Assembly (NCBI GenBank): GCA_963716255.1
Contig: OY970303.1
Coordinates: 1,888,001 to 1,952,000 of the forward strand
DNA length: 64,000 bases
Source: an uncultured Gemmatimonadales bacterium
GTDB lineage: Bacteria; Gemmatimonadota; Gemmatimonadetes; Longimicrobiales; Longimicrobiaceae
Direction of reading: 5' to 3'
The position numbers were made by a program, and so were the translations under genes. The number at the start of each line of letters is the position of its first letter. Position 1 is the first letter of the stretch. Positions 60,128 through 64,000 of the stretch are shown here, in pieces. A model generated the notes under the pieces. The model searched no databases, was not told where the DNA came from, and saw only the letters and a list, made by a program, of their open reading frames with translations.

Positions 60128-61450
60128 TCAGCGCGGGGCGCGGCGGAGGACGTGGGCGGGCTCCAGGCGCATCCCGGGCTTCACGGTGCCGTCGGGGGCC
60201 AGGCGGTCCCAGCCGCTGTCGGCGATGAACAGCAGGGTGTCGGAGCCGGTGAGGAGGGCGTGGGTGGGCTCGGTGAGCAGCGGCGTCCCGGATTCCAGCA
60301 CGCGCCAGCCGGATATGCGGGTTTCCGCCGGGTCCAGCTCGTAGCGCAGCAGGCGCTTGGGACGGGTTCCGTTCTGCACGGCGACGAGCGCGTGGCCGTC
60401 GCGCACCAGCCCGTCGATGCCGGACACCGGCACCGTGTCGGCGTGGGCGAGCCACGCCACGCGCCCGGTGGCGGCGTCCACCGCGGCGATGCCGCGCACG
60501 TAGTCGGCCACCAGCACCCGCCTCCCGTCGGACGCCATGGCGGGGCCCTGCGGCGAGGCCAGCACGCCCCGGGGCACCAGCACCGCGAGCGAGTCGGCGC
60601 CGGGCGCCAGCCGGTAGAGCTCGCCCGAGTCGGCGTCGCTCGCGTACACGGTGCCGTCCGCGGCCACGGTCATGTCGCCCAGGGTGTGGCGGCGTCCGTC
60701 GCGGGGAAGCTCGGCGCGGCGCACCATCCGCCCGCTCCCCAGGTCGAAGGCGAGCACCGCGGTGCGGCCGGAATCGGCGGGCTGGAAGCCGCGGAAGTAC
60801 GGCGCGGCGGCGGTGGTGGCCCACAGCAGGCGGCGCCCGGGGTCCACGGCCAGCGCCAGCATCGCCCAGCGTCCCTCCCCCGCCCCGGCCGGCGCCACGA
60901 ACCGGGCAAAGCCGCCGTCGGCGCCGCGGCGCAGGATGGAGCCGTCGCGCAGGCCGGACAGGTACAGCGCCCCGTCCGCCGGGTCGCGGGCGATCCCCTC
61001 CGGCATGAAGGCGGAGTCGGGGAGCGCGAAGTGCATGGCGGCGGCGGTCACCGGCGCCGCGTTGTCCACGGCGGCACGCCGGGCCAGCGCCGGCCAGCCG
61101 GGGTGCGCGCGGAGCGCGGCCCAGGCGGTGTCCGCGGGGTCCAGGAGCAGGCCCATGGCGGCGTAGCGGCCCAGCCACCCCATCGCCTCGGGGACACGCC
61201 CCAGCCGGGTCTCCGCGCGGGCGAGCGCCAGCACCAGCGAGGGGTGGTTGCCCACCTCGTCGTACATGCGGCCCACGTGGTGGCGGTACGCCGGCCAGTC
61301 GCCCGCGCGCCGGGCCGCGTCGGCGGCGCCGTCGTGCTCGCTCCAGGTGGTGTCGGCGCGGAACGGGGCGTGCACGGGCCGGGCGGTGTCCGCCGCGCTG
61401 GGGGCGGGAGCGAGCGCGGCGGCGAGGAGCAGCGGGGCGAGCAGGCGCAT
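60128..61450 (-). CDS. Exported beta-propeller (SMP-30/gluconolactonase-like) with N-terminal TPR-like region
   Basis: Signal peptide; PEGIA.DP, GDMTV..DG.VY.SD, SPQG, GIDGL, VQNG..P.R and EPT. Confidence 0.82.
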   Translation of the reverse strand: MRLLAPLLLAAALAPAPSAADTARPVHAPFRADTTWSEHDGAADAARRAGDWPAYRHHVGRMYDEVGNHPSLVLALARAETRLGRVPEAMGWLGRYAAMGLLLDPADTAWAALRAHPGWPALARRAAVDNAAPVTAAAMHFALPDSAFMPEGIARDPADGALYLSGLRDGSILRRGADGGFARFVAPAGAGEGRWAMLALAVDPGRRLLWATTAAAPYFRGFQPADSGRTAVLAFDLGSGRMVRRAELPRDGRRHTLGDMTVAADGTVYASDADSGELYRLAPGADSLAVLVPRGVLASPQGPAMASDGRRVLVADYVRGIAAVDAATGRVAWLAHADTVPVSGIDGLVRDGHALVAVQNGTRPKRLLRYELDPAETRISGWRVLESGTPLLTEPTHALLTGSDTLLFIADSGWDRLAPDGTVKPGMRLEPAHVLRRAPR

Positions 61451-61586
61451 GGGCGGGGTCCGGTGGCGGGGAGCGGGGGGCCGTCGCGCGGCCCCGGCAG
61501 GGTAGCGGGCCGGCGCGGCTGCGGACAGGGCCGCGGGACGGGACGCATTCACCGGGGCCGAGCCGCGCCCCACGACACCGGAGCGA

Positions 61587-62006
61587 ATGAGCCCACCCGT
61601 CCGCCGCGTCCTCGTCCTCGCCCCGGCCGTGCTGCTGGACACGGCCTTCAGCCTGGACCTGCTGGGGCGCGTCTTCGACGCGGAGGGGCCGTGGACGCTG
61701 GGCGCCCACGCGGCGGTGGCGGGCGTGGCGGCCGGGCTGCTCGCCGGACTGCCGGCGGGGACGCTGGGGCCCCGGGCGGGGCGCGGACGCCGCCTCCGCT
61801 TCGCGGGGCTCTACGCGGCGGGGCTGGCGCTCTTCGCGCTCGCGCGCTGGGTCCGCGGGGACGCGGCCATCCCACCGGAGACGGTGCTGCTGGCGGTGGA
61901 GGGGATCGCGGACGCGCTGCTGCTGGCGGGCGCCTGGACGGGCGGGTTCCTGGACCGGTGGCCGGGGGACGGCCCGCGCGGCGGGAGGTCCGCCGCCGGC
62001 GCGTAG
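61587..62006 (+). CDS. DUF2231-like membrane protein (divergent)
   Basis: Four hydrophobic segments; G....LLA.LP.G and C-terminal GAW.GG. Confidence 0.6.
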   Translation: MSPPVRRVLVLAPAVLLDTAFSLDLLGRVFDAEGPWTLGAHAAVAGVAAGLLAGLPAGTLGPRAGRGRRLRFAGLYAAGLALFALARWVRGDAAIPPETVLLAVEGIADALLLAGAWTGGFLDRWPGDGPRGGRSAAGA

Positions 62007-62007
62007 G

Positions 62008-63021
62008 CTACGCCGCCGGACCGGGCCCGGAGCGCTTCCCCTGCAGCCGGTCGAGACCGGGGAGGAACGACAGCTCCCGGTCCACGATGGCGGCGATCTC
62101 CTCCTGCTCCTTCCAGCGGCGCTCCAGCTCCCACAGCTCCATCTCCAGCAGGCGCCGCTCGTCCTCCTCGCTGAGCGCGATCTCCAGCGCCACCGCCGCG
62201 GTGCGCTGGGTGCGCTCCAGCGTTCCCAGGGTGATCCTCTGTCCGGCCACCCATCTGGCGAGCGCCCCGCCGGAGCCGGCGAGGTCGATGGTCTGGGCGG
62301 CGGCCCGGATGCGTTCCTCGGACGCGCCGTCGAAGTGGCGGTGGGCGAGGATGCGGCGCAGCGCGGCTTCAGCCGCCGTTCCGGCCAGCAGGTGGCCCGA
62401 CCCGGGCCGCCTGTAGCATTGCGCGCAGGCGTGGTACAGCGACGGGGCCTCATCCTCGCCGCCGGGGACGAGCACCACCCTGTCGGCGTCGCTGAACTTC
62501 ACCCCGGTGGAAACGCTCCCGCACACCGGGCACTCCGACCGGCCCCGGATCGCCATGCTCCCGAACCTCCGCCACCGCACGGCTTTCGGCAGCAGGCCCC
62601 TCCCGAGCCATCCCAGTCCCGCCGTCGCGAAGGCCACCCCGGTCAGGGCCACCATCTCCACCCCTTTCAGCGCGTCGGAGCGTTTCCTCCGCCCCAGCAG
62701 CTCCCGCCCGTAGCGCCACCACGCCTCCTCCGCGCGCTCCGCCCGCCCCACCCGCACCAGCTCCAGCTCCCCGGTCCGCAGCAGCGCCACGTTGTCGGTG
62801 CTGGACAGGAGCCACGCCCGGTCCGTCGCCAGCCGGTCCAGCTCCTCCAGCGCCTCCCAGCGCTCCTCGATGGGAGCCAGCGTCCACCGCGCGCACACCG
62901 CGCACACGATCCACAGCCGTCCCCGTGCCGGGTCGAACGCGATGCGCCGCCCGTGCCGCAGATGCTCCAGCGACTGGTTCTCCGGGAACGGCGCGTGGCA
63001 GAAGATGCAGCGCGAGAACAT
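62008..63021 (-). CDS. Hypothetical Zn-finger-containing protein
   Basis: CIFC, RIAFDP..GRLWIVC..C.RW.L.PIEERWE, CPVC, CAQC and W...EEIAAI.D. Confidence 0.82.
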   Translation of the reverse strand: MFSRCIFCHAPFPENQSLEHLRHGRRIAFDPARGRLWIVCAVCARWTLAPIEERWEALEELDRLATDRAWLLSSTDNVALLRTGELELVRVGRAERAEEAWWRYGRELLGRRKRSDALKGVEMVALTGVAFATAGLGWLGRGLLPKAVRWRRFGSMAIRGRSECPVCGSVSTGVKFSDADRVVLVPGGEDEAPSLYHACAQCYRRPGSGHLLAGTAAEAALRRILAHRHFDGASEERIRAAAQTIDLAGSGGALARWVAGQRITLGTLERTQRTAAVALEIALSEEDERRLLEMELWELERRWKEQEEIAAIVDRELSFLPGLDRLQGKRSGPGPAA

Positions 63022-63044
63022 GGATCTACGGGTTGAACGGCGGG

Positions 63045-63103
63045 TTCGGGCGTGCCTCCCGCGGGACGCGGGGGTCGGGCTTTGGCTCCGTAGCAGACGA
63101 AAC
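63045..63103 (-). repeat. Structured intergenic repeat family A, 3' half only
   Basis: CTACGGAGCCAAAGCCCGACCCCCGCG...GGCACGCCCGAA on the minus strand; 5' half absent. Confidence 0.8.
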
Positions 63104-63236
63104 TGAGCGCCACTCCGCCTCCCTCACCTTCTGCAGGTGCCCCGGCGGTGGGGACGGCGCGCTCCAACGAGTCCAACCGGGCGTGCACCACCCCCGTCGG
63201 CTCCGCCTACGCTAATACTTGATCTTTCCGACGGCC

Positions 63237-64000
63237 TCACAGCACCCCCAGATCGACATCGAAGTAGGTTCGTCTCTCCTCCGGCTTTTCCCCGGGCCAG
63301 ACGGCCATGCCGCTCCAGGCGCCACCGCCTCTTCGCCTGAAGCGTGTGTAGACACGAACGTTCGTCAGATCCGGCTTTACGATCAGAAGGTTGTACAATG
63401 CTGGTGTCGACTCGGGCCTCTCGTCGGGCCGGGCTGCCACTGCACCCCCGCCGATCACATGGAGGAGGCCTCGACCCGTCTTGTAGCCAACAAGTTCTAC
63501 CCGCTCCTCATGAACATGTCCGTGGAGCGCAACCCGGAACCCACTTTGCACGAGCCGCTCGAGATAAGCGTCTGTCGGGATACTTTCCTGTCCTTTGAGC
63601 GGGTGGTGCACGACGGCGATCCGGAGTATGCTCTCTTCTCTGGAGATCCGTCCGCGCTCGATGGCACTTTCGAGTTGCGAATCTGCACTCATGAGCCCGC
63701 GTGCCAGTGCGGAATCGTGAATGCTTGCTCGATCTTGAAAGAACTCATCGATTTCCCAACACGAATTCAGTAGAAGGAACTGAATTCTGTGCTCCTCGAA
63801 TAGCAGAGGAATGGCTTGGTCCTCCGGCCTCAGCGGATATGGAGACTGGAGTAGCGGGTGATACAGGGCCTCATTGAAGTTTCTGAAACGCATCGGATAT
63901 GCATTCTCGTCCCGCACTAGGTAACCGCTCCCCTGCGGCACGATCGAACTCTGATCCGGCTGATGATTCTGAATCCGGCGAGACGGCTCCCAGGTATAGA
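63237..64000 (-). CDS. Calcineurin-like metallophosphoesterase domain protein, 3' part (runs off the window)
   Basis: FLLLNS, RIAVVHHP, LHGHVH and YNLL motifs; frame open to the window edge; lower GC than flanks. Confidence 0.78.
   Translation of the reverse strand, partial: YTWEPSRRIQNHQPDQSSIVPQGSGYLVRDENAYPMRFRNFNEALYHPLLQSPYPLRPEDQAIPLLFEEHRIQFLLLNSCWEIDEFFQDRASIHDSALARGLMSADSQLESAIERGRISREESILRIAVVHHPLKGQESIPTDAYLERLVQSGFRVALHGHVHEERVELVGYKTGRGLLHVIGGGAVAARPDERPESTPALYNLLIVKPDLTNVRVYTRFRRRGGGAWSGMAVWPGEKPEERRTYFDVDLGVL

Noticed and set aside
61587..62006. Loss of the N-terminal His motif in the DUF2231-like protein as a notable finding
   Set aside because: The family assignment is too uncertain to interpret the missing residues.
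59841..62453. 1429-aa ORF suggesting a giant ABC1 kinase fusion
   Set aside because: Only the part from ATG 59840 is protein-like; the extension crosses a repeat and overlaps other genes in different frames.
63219..63773. 184-aa plus-strand ORF with natural-looking composition
   Set aside because: Antisense to the motif-bearing phosphoesterase frame; lower GC makes shadows look plausible.

Overview
GC-rich bacterial chromosome window. The 16S sequence, gene content and repeat style suggest Gemmatimonadota (Longimicrobium-like); this is an inference, not a database result. It holds about 60 protein genes, mostly housekeeping or envelope functions: acyl-CoA ligase, NfeD/flotillin, two UDG-superfamily glycosylases, an L,D-transpeptidase pair, YhbY, a GGDEF cyclase, PfkA, SufT-like protein, cupredoxin, WrbA, TatA, YgfZ, HDAC, QueE, CspA, IF-1, two TonB-dependent receptors, PyrE, a MoxR operon, an M13 peptidase and an ABC1 kinase. 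It also has a complete minus-strand rRNA operon without spacer tRNAs, an intact IS982-family element, two RelE/ParE-type toxin-antitoxin modules (one toxin frameshifted) and several families of structured intergenic repeats. The best candidate for an undescribed system is at about 35.0-38.3 kb. There a TPR-repeat protein converges on a small lipoprotein-signal precursor carrying six xGxxG(S/T)Gx repeats. The TPR C-terminus and the peptide gene share one low-GC patch, and two divergent HTH/wHTH genes lie beside them. The layout suggests a peptide-signalling (RRNPP/Rap-Phr-like) module in a diderm bacterium. Other leads: a sigma54/IHF-driven candidate sRNA (29.07-29.31 kb), two covarying multi-hairpin repeat families sharing a GAGAC...GGCTC module, a catalytically dead L,D-transpeptidase paralog, and an IS insertion that splits a promoter. 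Start codons were refined by eye and are approximate where noted.
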